This document shows positions 1-9,580 of a stretch of 64,000 nt of DNA, one piece after another. Origin of the DNA: Candidatus Cloacimonadales bacterium. GTDB lineage: Bacteria; Cloacimonadota; Cloacimonadia; Cloacimonadales; JAFGVF01. Positions within the stretch are counted from its first letter, which is position 1. Each line of letters starts with the position of its first letter. Below the pieces are notes generated by a model. That model did no database searches, had not been told where the DNA came from, and saw only the letters and a program-made list of their open reading frames with translations. Where the stretch lies: assembly GCA_963663475.2 (NCBI GenBank), contig CAXXJV010000001.1:2112001-2176000 (forward strand), given 5' to 3'. Position numbers and translations under genes: made by a program.

Positions 1-1
1 A

Positions 2-178
2 GTTACACGTTTTGAACAATCATATTACTTTGATTATTGGTTCAGACCATCAGAAAAGGTAGTTGATTTTTCGAATAAAATGGATGGTTCTATCTATACT
101 GAAATTATAAAATACTCTACACTACTATCTCGAGCTAAATTAAGAAACAAGATATTTATTAATAAACTAAACGGATAA
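2..178 (+). CDS. 3' end of a gene running in from the window edge (hypothetical; C-terminus resembles ATPase/nuclease defence proteins)
   Basis: Open frame from nt 2 to TAA at 176-178: ...SIYTEIIKYSTLLSRAKLRNKIFINKLNG*. The family resemblance is from recall only. Confidence 0.55.
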   Translation, partial: VTRFEQSYYFDYWFRPSEKVVDFSNKMDGSIYTEIIKYSTLLSRAKLRNKIFINKLNG

Positions 179-275
179 TATAACAAATTTTAACAAAATT
201 ATAATATACTAAAAATCAATAAAATGACAAATATTATGAAGTTATTAAAAAGTAATAATAACTTAAGGAGAAAGA

Positions 276-1697
276 ATGGAAATAGGTACAGAAATTGAAA
301 TCTACCACAAGACCAAGACTGAAATTAATAGATTTGAGAATGAGGATTTATTCATAAAATTTCTAGATTACAACAATTTACCATCTAAAGATATTTTTGT
401 CTCTTTAGAACACAGAAAGAATGTTATAGATGGTTTTGAATCTGCTATTCAAGATTTGAAAATTGAGCTTCGAGAGACATCATTCTATCTTTCAAAATTT
501 ATTGCTGCTGTGGCTAATGGTCTTTTTGACGCTGCTCTTAATTATCTGTGGGATGAGACTATCAAATGTTTGAGACAAAAAATTTACAATTTTGATGTGG
601 ATTATTTTATAGATAATATTGATATATCAGATGAAAATAAAAAAGAAGCTAGAAAAGATTTATCAAGTATAACAGACCAGAAACTGATAGATGGTCTGAT
701 AAAATTAGAATATATCACAAAAATTGGTTACAGGAAATTATTATTTATCAAAGAAATGAGAAATTGGGCAAGTGCTGCTCATCCTAATCACAACGACATT
801 ACTGGCTTTGATTTACTTTCATGGCTTCAGATATGCATTACTGAAGTAATAAATTCTGATATTAATCGTATAACAATTAAAATAAGCGAATTCCTAAAAA
901 ATATAAAAAATCAACTATTAGATGATTTGTCAATACGAGAGATTACAAACCTAATCTATGATACAAGTATAAGTCAACTTGATAATTTAATAACTTCATT
1001 ACATTCAATTTATACTTCTGCGGATGTTACTAATATTGCAAAAACCAATATTCAAAAAATTTCTAAATCAATATGGAATTCATCATCTAATAACGCAAAA
1101 AATATGATTGGTATAAAATATAGCGAATTTTTAATGAGAGCTGATACTCTGAGAGCAAAATCTTCCAAAGAATTTTTAAGTATTGTAGATGGAATGTCGT
1201 TTTTGCCTGAAGAAATTAGAACCGCACATATTGATGAAGTATTAGATCAACTCTATTCTGCTAACTGTAGCCCAATAGACAATTTCTATAACGAACCTCC
1301 TATAGCAAGAAACTTAAAGAAGATTATTGACACAAAAGAAGTACCTAAACAGGTTAAAAGAAAATATGTTACTATTTTGATTACAGCTTTCATAACAAAT
1401 GGTAAAGGAGTATGCTGGGACGCCGACAAAATATATCTCTCATTGATAAAAGTATTAACTCCTGATGAAGCTAAACTCGCTATATCTTCAAGCCAAAATG
1501 ATTTAATTGAATATAGGCTAGAAAGTAGTGATTTATGTAGAAAGAAATACATTGAACTTTTGAATATTTTGAAAGACAAAATAATTGGTGAAAAAACCAT
1601 TTCAATTGTCGATAAACTCATTTCTGCAGATGATCAAGTTCATCTAAAATTGAAAGAGACTCAGATTAAAGATTTCATAAAATCAATAGATACATAA
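276..1697 (+). CDS. Hypothetical 473-aa protein with a HEPN-like Rx6H motif
   Basis: SD AAGGAG upstream; helical protein containing ...KLLFIKEMRNWASAAHPN; terminator downstream. Confidence 0.6.
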   Translation: MEIGTEIEIYHKTKTEINRFENEDLFIKFLDYNNLPSKDIFVSLEHRKNVIDGFESAIQDLKIELRETSFYLSKFIAAVANGLFDAALNYLWDETIKCLRQKIYNFDVDYFIDNIDISDENKKEARKDLSSITDQKLIDGLIKLEYITKIGYRKLLFIKEMRNWASAAHPNHNDITGFDLLSWLQICITEVINSDINRITIKISEFLKNIKNQLLDDLSIREITNLIYDTSISQLDNLITSLHSIYTSADVTNIAKTNIQKISKSIWNSSSNNAKNMIGIKYSEFLMRADTLRAKSSKEFLSIVDGMSFLPEEIRTAHIDEVLDQLYSANCSPIDNFYNEPPIARNLKKIIDTKEVPKQVKRKYVTILITAFITNGKGVCWDADKIYLSLIKVLTPDEAKLAISSSQNDLIEYRLESSDLCRKKYIELLNILKDKIIGEKTISIVDKLISADDQVHLKLKETQIKDFIKSIDT

Positions 1698-1717
1698 ATA
1701 TTATTAAAAAAAAGTTG

Positions 1718-1753
1718 AAAGAAGACCACACTTTCTTGGTCTTCTTTTTTTTT
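1718..1753 (+). terminator. Rho-independent terminator
   Basis: AAAGAAGACCA/TGGTCTTCTTT stem followed by a T run. Confidence 0.75.
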
Positions 1754-2229
1754 GTCTAAAAAACTGTCGCACCCATTAGCAAGCGTATTTGCCAACAATT
1801 TAATCTCTTTTAATATGCGTTATGAGTGAAGATTATTTAAATTAAAAGATAAAAATTAAGAATGAAAAATTGTGGTATTGCTTCGCAATGATATTGAATA
1901 CCACCCCACCTTCTTCGAAGGCACCCCTCCCAGGAGTGGAATTAAAGAGAGGTAACAATGAATGAGATTAAAAAAGATGAGTTTGTAAGTGATTGGAGTG
2001 TGTATCCAAACTTCCAGGAGTGGGAGTTTGCTTGTCCATCATCTGGTAAAGCTTATATGCAGAAGCGTTTTATGGATAAGCTTCAGAGGGCAAGAACAAT
2101 AGCAGGAGTTAGCTTTCATATTTCAAGTGGTTATCGAGATTGTAGATGGCATTTTAAATTGGTACACAAATGGCAGTTTAATCTGGTACAGTTTCCTAGA
2201 TAAAAAAATAGAGAAATCTAGGAGACAAT

Positions 2230-3714
2230 ATGAAAGGAGTCCAAGTGTATCACGCAATAAGAGTATTAAGAGAAAATGGCAAGAGTATAAGAGAAATAGC
2301 AGAACAGTTAAGTATCTCTAAAACAACAGTTATGGGTTACTTACAAAAAGACATTGAAACCGTAGAAAAAACTTTAATGAAAGTCAATCGAACAAGTAAG
2401 CTCGAAATTTACAGGGAAGAAATTAGCAAACATTTAACAAAATTTCCTAATATGCGATTAAGTAAATTATATCGTAAATTATCCAAACAGCATGGAAAAT
2501 TACCTGTAAAACAAAGAGCTTTTTTTAATTTTTCAAAAAAAATAAAAAATAATTTAATACAACCAACTAAGCGTTATTATCGAGTTGTCAATTATGAACC
2601 AGGAAATCAGATGCAGGTTGATCCCGGAGAGTATAATATCTATTTATCTGATAAGAGCAAGTTAAAAATATACTTTTGTGTGTTTAGCTATTGCTATTCA
2701 CGAATGAAATATGTACATTTTCAAACAAGACCTTATAAGACTCAAGACTTCATCCAAGCCCATAAAGATTGCTTTGAATATTTTGGATATATCCCAGAGA
2801 CAATGGTTTATGATCAAACAAAACTAGTCGTTATAAAGGAGATTTATCGAGAAGTAACTTATAATAATAAGTTTTTTCAATTTATGAATAATCTAACAAT
2901 AAGTCCTTATGTTTGTGAAGGTTATGATCCTGAAAGTAAAGGGTTGGTAGAAAGACAAGTTCAAGAAGTTAAGTATGATTTTCTTGATGGTGAAGTATTT
3001 ACTAGTTTATCTGAAGTTAAGTTGAAATCAAAAAGCTGGTTAGAAGAAGTAAATAATCGTATCCACAGTACGCTTAGAGAAAGACCTATAGTAATGTTTA
3101 AAGAAGAAGAAAAACTATTAAGAAGATATAACCTGAATATTGCAGAGACACGAAAAGTAGATAAAACAGGTCTTATCTCATGGAATGGTAACAAATATTC
3201 AGTTCCTTATATCTATCAACAAAAGATAGTTATAGTTAAAGAAAATGAAGACACTTTAGAAATAATAGATAGGAATAGTAGAAAAAAAGTTGCATCTCAT
3301 AGGATTTCCAGAGAAAGAACAAAACCTATCATATCTCAATGTCATTACATAGACTACTCGAAAACAATTAATAATATAAAGGAAGATATTTGCTCACTAT
3401 TCCCCAATAATGACAAGATAATCCTTTTATTAAATTTACTCATAGCACATAATCACAGAAATCCCAGAGAGCAACTATTAGCATTTTTAAAAATGTATAA
3501 TAAAAATAAATACTTAAATTGGTCAAACATAATTTCTAAAGCACTAGAATTAGAAGATATAAAAGCAACAAAGATAGAGTCTATAGTCAAAGAAGAGATA
3601 AAAGGCAATAAGTTATCTGCTAACTATCAAAATCAAGTCAATGGGATAATAGAAACAAAAAAATCAGTTATACAGAGAGATTTATCAATTTATAATAAGG
3701 TGGTAAAAAAATGA
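2230..3714 (+). CDS. istA: IS21 DDE transposase IstA
   Basis: N-terminal HTH; rve-type core with PGNQMQVD, MVYDQ and SKGLVER. Confidence 0.93.
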   Translation: MKGVQVYHAIRVLRENGKSIREIAEQLSISKTTVMGYLQKDIETVEKTLMKVNRTSKLEIYREEISKHLTKFPNMRLSKLYRKLSKQHGKLPVKQRAFFNFSKKIKNNLIQPTKRYYRVVNYEPGNQMQVDPGEYNIYLSDKSKLKIYFCVFSYCYSRMKYVHFQTRPYKTQDFIQAHKDCFEYFGYIPETMVYDQTKLVVIKEIYREVTYNNKFFQFMNNLTISPYVCEGYDPESKGLVERQVQEVKYDFLDGEVFTSLSEVKLKSKSWLEEVNNRIHSTLRERPIVMFKEEEKLLRRYNLNIAETRKVDKTGLISWNGNKYSVPYIYQQKIVIVKENEDTLEIIDRNSRKKVASHRISRERTKPIISQCHYIDYSKTINNIKEDICSLFPNNDKIILLLNLLIAHNHRNPREQLLAFLKMYNKNKYLNWSNIISKALELEDIKATKIESIVKEEIKGNKLSANYQNQVNGIIETKKSVIQRDLSIYNKVVKK

Positions 3715-4439
3715 TCGAAACATTAAAGAAAAATCTATTTAGACTAAGATGCAGGCATACTATTAATAATTTAGAATCATATCTTAAATATGCACAAGAT
3801 AATCAGTTATCTTATATGAATTTTCTTTCATATGTAATTGATAATGAATGCAATAGTAGAAATCAAACGATGATAAATTTACAGATTAGAAGGTCAAAAT
3901 TTCCTCTTTTGAAAAGTTTTGATGATTTTGATTTTAAATATCAGCATTCAATAACTAAAAGAATGATTACTGAGTGGAAGGACTTTACTTGGATAGATAA
4001 CAGAGAAAACAAAATATTAATGGGTCCTCCTGGTGTAGGTAAAACTCATATATCTATAGCTTTAGGATATGAAGCTATCTTAAAAGGATATAAAGTTATT
4101 TTTTACAATATGAATGACCTAATTGATGAAATGATTATTGCTAATGTAGAAAATAACTTCAAAAAATGGATTTCAAAGTTAGTAAAAAATGATCTTATTA
4201 TTATTGATGAGATAGGCTATCTTCCTATTAAGGCAGTAAATGCGAGTTTATTTTTTAAGCTAATAAATGAGTTATATGAATATAGATCTATTATCATTAC
4301 CTCTAATAGGCTATTCCAAGAGTGGGGAGAATCCTTTGGAGATAATGTAATAACTACTGCTATAGTAGATAGATTAGTTCATCATGCAGAAACAGTTCTA
4401 ATAGATGGAAATAGTTATAGAATGAAAGGAAAACTATAA
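3711..4439 (+). CDS. istB: IS21 helper AAA+ ATPase IstB
   Basis: Walker A GPPGVGKT, Walker B LIIIDEIGY, DRLVHH and GNSYR; ATGA overlap with istA. Confidence 0.95.
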   Translation: MIETLKKNLFRLRCRHTINNLESYLKYAQDNQLSYMNFLSYVIDNECNSRNQTMINLQIRRSKFPLLKSFDDFDFKYQHSITKRMITEWKDFTWIDNRENKILMGPPGVGKTHISIALGYEAILKGYKVIFYNMNDLIDEMIIANVENNFKKWISKLVKNDLIIIDEIGYLPIKAVNASLFFKLINELYEYRSIIITSNRLFQEWGESFGDNVITTAIVDRLVHHAETVLIDGNSYRMKGKL

Positions 4440-4739
4440 GGAAATATGATTTACAATAGTGTACCATTTTAAACTGCCAAAACTGTACCAATTTAAACTG
4501 CTATTGACAGAGATGAAGCCTATAATGATTCTTTGCCTAACAGTGTGCCAAATTCAGCTCATATATACGGTTTAGCCTGTGATATATGGTTGATAGCATG
4601 TTAGACAGGTTAAAACCCTCGACAGAGAGGAATTAATAGGGGTAAAAATGGCCATCTACAACAAGCCCAGTTAGTAAGAGGAATAAATGGATTTTGGAAG
4701 TTAAGAAAAGTTGTATTTAAACGCTAGTATTAGGCAAAT

Positions 4740-4763
4740 AAAAAAGCCTTCCCCAAGGAAGGC
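4740..4763 (-). terminator. Terminator of the tRNA-Asn operon
   Basis: GCCTTCC/GGAAGGC stem with a U run on the minus strand, right after the last tRNA. Confidence 0.8.
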
Positions 4764-4771
4764 ATAATCTA

Positions 4772-4846
4772 TGGCTCCGAAAGAGGGATTTGAACCCCCG
4801 ACCTAATGGTTAACAGCCATCCGCTCTACCGCTGAGCTATTTCGGA
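4772..4846 (-). tRNA. tRNA-Asn(GTT), copy 3
   Basis: TCCGAAATAGCTCAGCGGTAGAGCGGATGGCTGTTAACCATTAGGTCGGGGGTTCAAATCCCTCTTTCGGAGCCA folds as a cloverleaf with encoded CCA. Confidence 0.97.
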
Positions 4847-4889
4847 ATAAAAGATCAAAGTGTTGGCTCTCCGAAGAGAGCCTAATTTA

Positions 4890-4964
4890 TGGCTCCGAAA
4901 GAGGGATTTGAACCCCCGACCTAATGGTTAACAGCCATCCGCTCTACCGCTGAGCTATTTCGGA
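4890..4964 (-). tRNA. tRNA-Asn(GTT), copy 2
   Basis: Identical 75-nt cloverleaf. Confidence 0.97.
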
Positions 4965-5006
4965 ATAAAGATCGAAGTGTTGGCTCTCCGAAGAGAGCCT
5001 AATTTA

Positions 5007-5081
5007 TGGCTCCGAAAGAGGGATTTGAACCCCCGACCTAATGGTTAACAGCCATCCGCTCTACCGCTGAGCTATTTCGGA
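5007..5081 (-). tRNA. tRNA-Asn(GTT), copy 1
   Basis: Identical 75-nt cloverleaf. Confidence 0.97.
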
Positions 5082-5239
5082 ATATCTTCATCAATCATTG
5101 TTTTTTCATATGATAAAAAAGTGGTTTTTATGTCAAGACAAATTTATATTTTTTTTCCTATTTTTAATATCAGATTTATAAAATTATTGTTAATCAATTA
5201 ATTAAAGATCTAATTTAAATCAGGAAAATAGCCATTTAA

Positions 5240-6670
5240 CTAGAAAAACACTTTTACACCAGCTTTAAATTCTCGGTTTTTTATCTTATCATTGTTAAAA
5301 GAGGAATAATCTTTATCAGCTAGATTAATAAGTTCAGTCCATAAAGTAAGCCATTCCTTAAGCCTATATTTTGAATGAATGTTAAGGATATGATTAGTAG
5401 CTAAGTCTATGTTATAATCATTAGTCATACCATCTTCAATAATATAGTTTAGACCAATATCAAACTTTCCATTCTGGTAAATGAGAGAGTTGTTAATTCT
5501 CATATTAGGTGTGAAGGGTATGAAGTCACACGCAAAGTTATGATAGTCTATTAGTTGAAGCTTAGAATAGTAGTTTAAGTGCTGCTTGCTATAAGCAACT
5601 TTAGCATAATAGGAAGTGGTCCAGAAAGAATCATAAAAGATAGCTTCATTAGTCTGCTCAGTTCTGTATATTGGAGCATCTATAGCATACTGATAGTCTG
5701 CTCCAAGTGACCAGGTTAGCCAATTGAAGTAAGAGAGTTCAATGTTAGCATTTGCTGGCAGGAAGAAATCAGTTTGATTATTAGCTAGAATTCCGTATGG
5801 TATCTCTTGATAGAAATCGAAATAGCTTTTTCTTTCTAAATAGGGTTTATTGTGTATGCTTAAGGTAAGGTTGTTGAAATTAAGGTAAGCGTTTAGATTT
5901 GGGGCAAATAAGACTTTGTCTTTATTAATACCAGTCCAAAGTCCAACTGTAGATATATTTTCATAATTGAGGCTAATTTGGCCGTTTGCTAGTTTATGAT
6001 TATTTGAAAGCTCAAATTTTGTAAATAATCGGGAAAGTGGATTTAGTTCCAGCAAACCCTCAAAGTTTAAATGATTAGTCTGGTTAATGAGGTTAGTTTC
6101 AATACTTTCCAACTGCCCTGCCAAGGATAGCTGGGAGATGACACCCTTACTATTAGACTGATAATTATAAGCAAGACCAAGGTTTTGTGCATTATTTTCA
6201 GTGGTCAGATTGATAGATTCTTTAGAAGTCTGCAAGTAATTTACAGAAAGGGAGATTTGATGATTGCTAGTCGTAAAATTATTAGCAATGGATAATATCT
6301 CTTTTGATCTATCCCCACTATCGTGCCTTAGAGAATAATCAAGTCTTTGATTAAACTTATTAAGGGAAAAGTAACTTCTTATATCAAGAATATCTTTATT
6401 ACCGCTACTAAGATTTAAATAAGCTTTCAATTTTTTTTCAGGAAAGAGAAAAAAGTCACTCTTTAGAGGTCTGCCATGATAAGCATAATTAAATTTAATC
6501 AAGGAATCAGGTTTTATATCTCTAAGGTATTTGATTGGAGCGAGCTCTAATTCACTTTGAAGGTCAGCTTTAGTTTCAACAACAATGGGTTCACGTTCAT
6601 CATCGAGAATATCTTGGGCAAAAGCCAATACAGGTAAGAGACAGAGAATAATATAAAATATCTTTTTCAT
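5240..6670 (-). CDS. Putative outer-membrane beta-barrel (TonB-dependent-receptor-like)
   Basis: Signal peptide, amphipathic strands, C-terminal ...REFKAGVKVFF; directly downstream of a TPR gene. Confidence 0.55.
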   Translation of the reverse strand: MKKIFYIILCLLPVLAFAQDILDDEREPIVVETKADLQSELELAPIKYLRDIKPDSLIKFNYAYHGRPLKSDFFLFPEKKLKAYLNLSSGNKDILDIRSYFSLNKFNQRLDYSLRHDSGDRSKEILSIANNFTTSNHQISLSVNYLQTSKESINLTTENNAQNLGLAYNYQSNSKGVISQLSLAGQLESIETNLINQTNHLNFEGLLELNPLSRLFTKFELSNNHKLANGQISLNYENISTVGLWTGINKDKVLFAPNLNAYLNFNNLTLSIHNKPYLERKSYFDFYQEIPYGILANNQTDFFLPANANIELSYFNWLTWSLGADYQYAIDAPIYRTEQTNEAIFYDSFWTTSYYAKVAYSKQHLNYYSKLQLIDYHNFACDFIPFTPNMRINNSLIYQNGKFDIGLNYIIEDGMTNDYNIDLATNHILNIHSKYRLKEWLTLWTELINLADKDYSSFNNDKIKNREFKAGVKVFF

Positions 6671-6676
6671 GATTAC

Positions 6677-9580
6677 CTACTTGAATAACTTACTACGAAG
6701 CTTTTTGCTTTGCCAATCAGGAAGTTGCTTGTGATAGCTATCGAAATTTTGTAAGGCTTTATCTTTGTGACCAAGATTGAACTGACTTAAAATTAAGTAG
6801 TAACTAGCTTTGATATTTAGATCAGTGTATTCAGGGAAGAGATAGACTACTCTCATCATGTTAAGGGCAGAGTTTTCATAATCTTCTTGTCTAAAGCTAT
6901 TTAATCCTAGGAGATAGTAGGCTAAACTAGCAATGCGGTCATCAGGAGAGTCTGCTTGCCTAGTAAGAAAATCTAAATCTGGATTCTGTTTATTGTTAAG
7001 TTTCCATTCATTGTGCAGTAATTGTCCATAAGTTTTAGAAAGACCTTCAGCTATGCTTAAGAAAGCTTGATAAGATTGTTCAAAAGATTGATTATTACTA
7101 GCGACTTTTAGCTCAAGATTTTTGAACCAAATATCCATTTCATTTGATATTTCCAGAGCATCATCAAGAACTTTGATTGCATTAAGGGTATCTTTTCTAG
7201 CTAAGAAAGCATCTGACCAAGCTGAGAAGAGGTCAGCATCATTATGCCAACTTGTCAGATTAGCATACAATGAATCTGCTTTCCCATATTGATTTTTCTC
7301 AGCATAAGCCTTAGCCAAGCTTTGATTAATAACCTTATTTTTGTTATCTTCTGGATAATTATCTAGTAAGGATTGAGCTGTTTGGATAAGATCATCCCAC
7401 TTTTCATTCTCATTTTCATAAAGGAGGGTAATCTGAGAAAGAGTCTGAGAAATTCGATTATTTTTAATTTTATTAGCAAGGCTTGCTAGATCGGAGCGAT
7501 AATCTTTATCTTTATCATTAAGCACAGTCCATTTAATACCTAATAAGGTGTTTTTGAGTTCTTTACTATCAGGATTATTACTAAGGATTTCAGCATAACT
7601 CTCAAATGCTTGCTCATATTGTTTAAGATTATAATAAGAATCTGCTATGTTAAGTTTAACATAATTAGTTTTAGTAGATACAGGGTAGGTTAGGAGAAAC
7701 TCTTTGAATAGATTAATTGCATCGTTATATCTTTTACCATTTAAGGCAGAGTTACCAGCAAGGATAAGGTAATCTTCTGAAGTAGTTGAAAAGTTAGATA
7801 AGGATCTGAATGTCCTTTCTGCCATTTTGAAATCACCTTTAAGATAGTAGGTCCAGCCTAATCTACTAGTAATTAGAGAAATATCTTCACTCTTAACAGC
7901 CTGATTAGAAGCAAGCTGATAGTGGTTAATTGCCTTTTCATAATCTTGTAAATTATAATAGATATTACCTTTTATTAAATTTACCCTAAAACTATATAAA
8001 GGGCTTTCAGGAATATTATCTAAGGCTTGGAAAGAAGATTGCCATTGACTTAGCAAATAATTTACTTCAGCGATTCTCATCCATATAGAGATAGGATCAC
8101 TTGCTTTAGGAAGAGCCATGTTGAACCAATCAAGAGCAACTTGTAAATTATTATTTATTACATTTATTTCGCCCAAATAGAAATAAACTGTTGAGATATG
8201 TTTATAGTTAGGATACTTTTTAGATAGTTCTAATAAGGAAGAATTAGCTTGGTCGAAAACTGATGAATCAAAGTAAGTTAGACCAATTTTATAAAGTACT
8301 TCATCATAATATCTGCCTTGAGGATAAAGGTCTTGATAGTATTCAAAGAAAGATATAGCTTTACTCTTTTGAAGAGTAGAGAAGTAGATATCTCCTATTA
8401 AGAAGAGTAGTTTTTCTCTTGTGTCATTGTCTATTGCTGTGTTGTTAGCTTGGAGGAATAAATCTAAGGCATCCTTATAGTCTTCATTAAGGTAATTAAT
8501 AAAGCCCATTAAATAATAAGCATTACCTATATATTTACTCTGTGGTTTTTCATTGATGAAATTATTAAGCTGACCTAAATATTCCTTATTATGATTGATA
8601 ATTTCTTCTTTCTTTTCAGGACTACCTTGAGGAAGAGTCAGTGAACTGTTTATTGTTTCAAAGAAACTTAATTCCTGAATTTTATCAATGTTAGAAGTTT
8701 CAGCTAGCTCAGAAAAAATTGTATTAGCTAGTTTGATTTCTCCCTTAGCTTTATAGGCCAAGGCAATGTGAAATTGCTTAATATCGGTAGTAGGTTGAAT
8801 GGTTCTTAAGACATCTAAAGCTTGATCATATTTCCCTAGCTGGTAGTAGGCTTGGCCAATTATGATTGCATAATCGCTGTGCAATCTGGAGTAGGAAGGG
8901 ATTTTATAATTTAAATCCCGTAGAATTGCTTGATAATCTAATTTTTGATAAAGGTAATCAAACCACTCTAAGACTATTTGATAGGTAAATTCATCTGAAT
9001 AACTTGTATAGGTAGAATCCAGAATAGCTCTAGCTTGGGATGGCCTGTTGGCTTGTAATTTTATTTGGAAGGCTAAGTAATTCATCATAGATGATTGTTC
9101 AGTCTGATAAGCTAGATCAAGATTGGACTGGGCCTGGTTAAGATTACCTCTTTCCAGAGCAATTCTTCCCTTCCAATAATAAGCTTCCCCCTTGCTTTTA
9201 TGATTAGAGTAAGTAGCTAAAAATCTGTCAGCATACATTTCTGAAGCAACATAATCATCTAAGAAAAACTTAGTCTGAATAAGAGCTAGAATAACTAAAG
9301 CTTTTAATTCTTGGTCACTATTTTGTTCTAAAATAAGTAATTCTTGATCTGCTTGCTTAAAATTATTTTGTAAAAAATCTATCATTGCTTGATAATAATC
9401 AGCCTTTATTAAAAAGTCACTATTAGGGTATTTCTCTTTAAATCTTTCAATCTCTTGCTGGGCAAAAGTTAAATTATCACGTTGGTATAGTTCTTCAATA
9501 AACCTAAATTCTCTTTTTTCATTACCAAAGAGACAAATGGTTATTATGAGTAATATGCTTATAATCAGTACCTTTTTCAT
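6677..9580 (-). CDS. Exported tetratricopeptide-repeat protein
   Basis: Signal peptide and many TPR units (AYYWKG, AYYLMG, YFYLGE, YP.S motifs). Confidence 0.85.
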   Translation of the reverse strand: MKKVLIISILLIITICLFGNEKREFRFIEELYQRDNLTFAQQEIERFKEKYPNSDFLIKADYYQAMIDFLQNNFKQADQELLILEQNSDQELKALVILALIQTKFFLDDYVASEMYADRFLATYSNHKSKGEAYYWKGRIALERGNLNQAQSNLDLAYQTEQSSMMNYLAFQIKLQANRPSQARAILDSTYTSYSDEFTYQIVLEWFDYLYQKLDYQAILRDLNYKIPSYSRLHSDYAIIIGQAYYQLGKYDQALDVLRTIQPTTDIKQFHIALAYKAKGEIKLANTIFSELAETSNIDKIQELSFFETINSSLTLPQGSPEKKEEIINHNKEYLGQLNNFINEKPQSKYIGNAYYLMGFINYLNEDYKDALDLFLQANNTAIDNDTREKLLFLIGDIYFSTLQKSKAISFFEYYQDLYPQGRYYDEVLYKIGLTYFDSSVFDQANSSLLELSKKYPNYKHISTVYFYLGEINVINNNLQVALDWFNMALPKASDPISIWMRIAEVNYLLSQWQSSFQALDNIPESPLYSFRVNLIKGNIYYNLQDYEKAINHYQLASNQAVKSEDISLITSRLGWTYYLKGDFKMAERTFRSLSNFSTTSEDYLILAGNSALNGKRYNDAINLFKEFLLTYPVSTKTNYVKLNIADSYYNLKQYEQAFESYAEILSNNPDSKELKNTLLGIKWTVLNDKDKDYRSDLASLANKIKNNRISQTLSQITLLYENENEKWDDLIQTAQSLLDNYPEDNKNKVINQSLAKAYAEKNQYGKADSLYANLTSWHNDADLFSAWSDAFLARKDTLNAIKVLDDALEISNEMDIWFKNLELKVASNNQSFEQSYQAFLSIAEGLSKTYGQLLHNEWKLNNKQNPDLDFLTRQADSPDDRIASLAYYLLGLNSFRQEDYENSALNMMRVVYLFPEYTDLNIKASYYLILSQFNLGHKDKALQNFDSYHKQLPDWQSKKLRSKLFK

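Larger units (their letters stand above)
2141..4509 (+). mobile_element. IS21-family insertion sequence (2369 bp)
   Basis: TGT...ACA ends; ~50-bp imperfect terminal inverted repeats, each with two internal TGGCA.TTTAA..TGGTACA units; GAGAT duplicated at 2136-2140 and 4510-4514; encodes istA and istB. Confidence 0.96.
1958..4604 (+). pseudogene. Peptidase M15A (YcbK/endolysin-like D-Ala-D-Ala peptidase), split by IS21 and C-terminally truncated
   Basis: Joining 1958-2140 to 4515-4604 gives ...NFQEWEFACPSSG...ISSGYRD|EAYNDSLPNSVPNSAHIYGLACDIW..., i.e. the SGYR and SxHxxGxAxD motifs. It stops before the final His zinc ligand. Confidence 0.85.

Noticed and set aside
112-131. CTCTACACTACTATCT resembling the dispersed repeat core
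   Set aside because: A short match inside a coding frame without the rest of the consensus; probably chance
1958-2321. ORFs 1958-2203 and 2127-2321 as intact genes
   Set aside because: They are read-through into the IS21 left end; only 1958-2140 is real (the M15 fragment)
4504-4526. Hybrid promoter from the IS-end TTGACA and a downstream TATAAT
   Set aside because: The spacing is only 11 nt, far from the 16-18 nt required
4772-5081. Possible CRISPR-like direct repeats
   Set aside because: The repeats are complete tRNA-Asn genes
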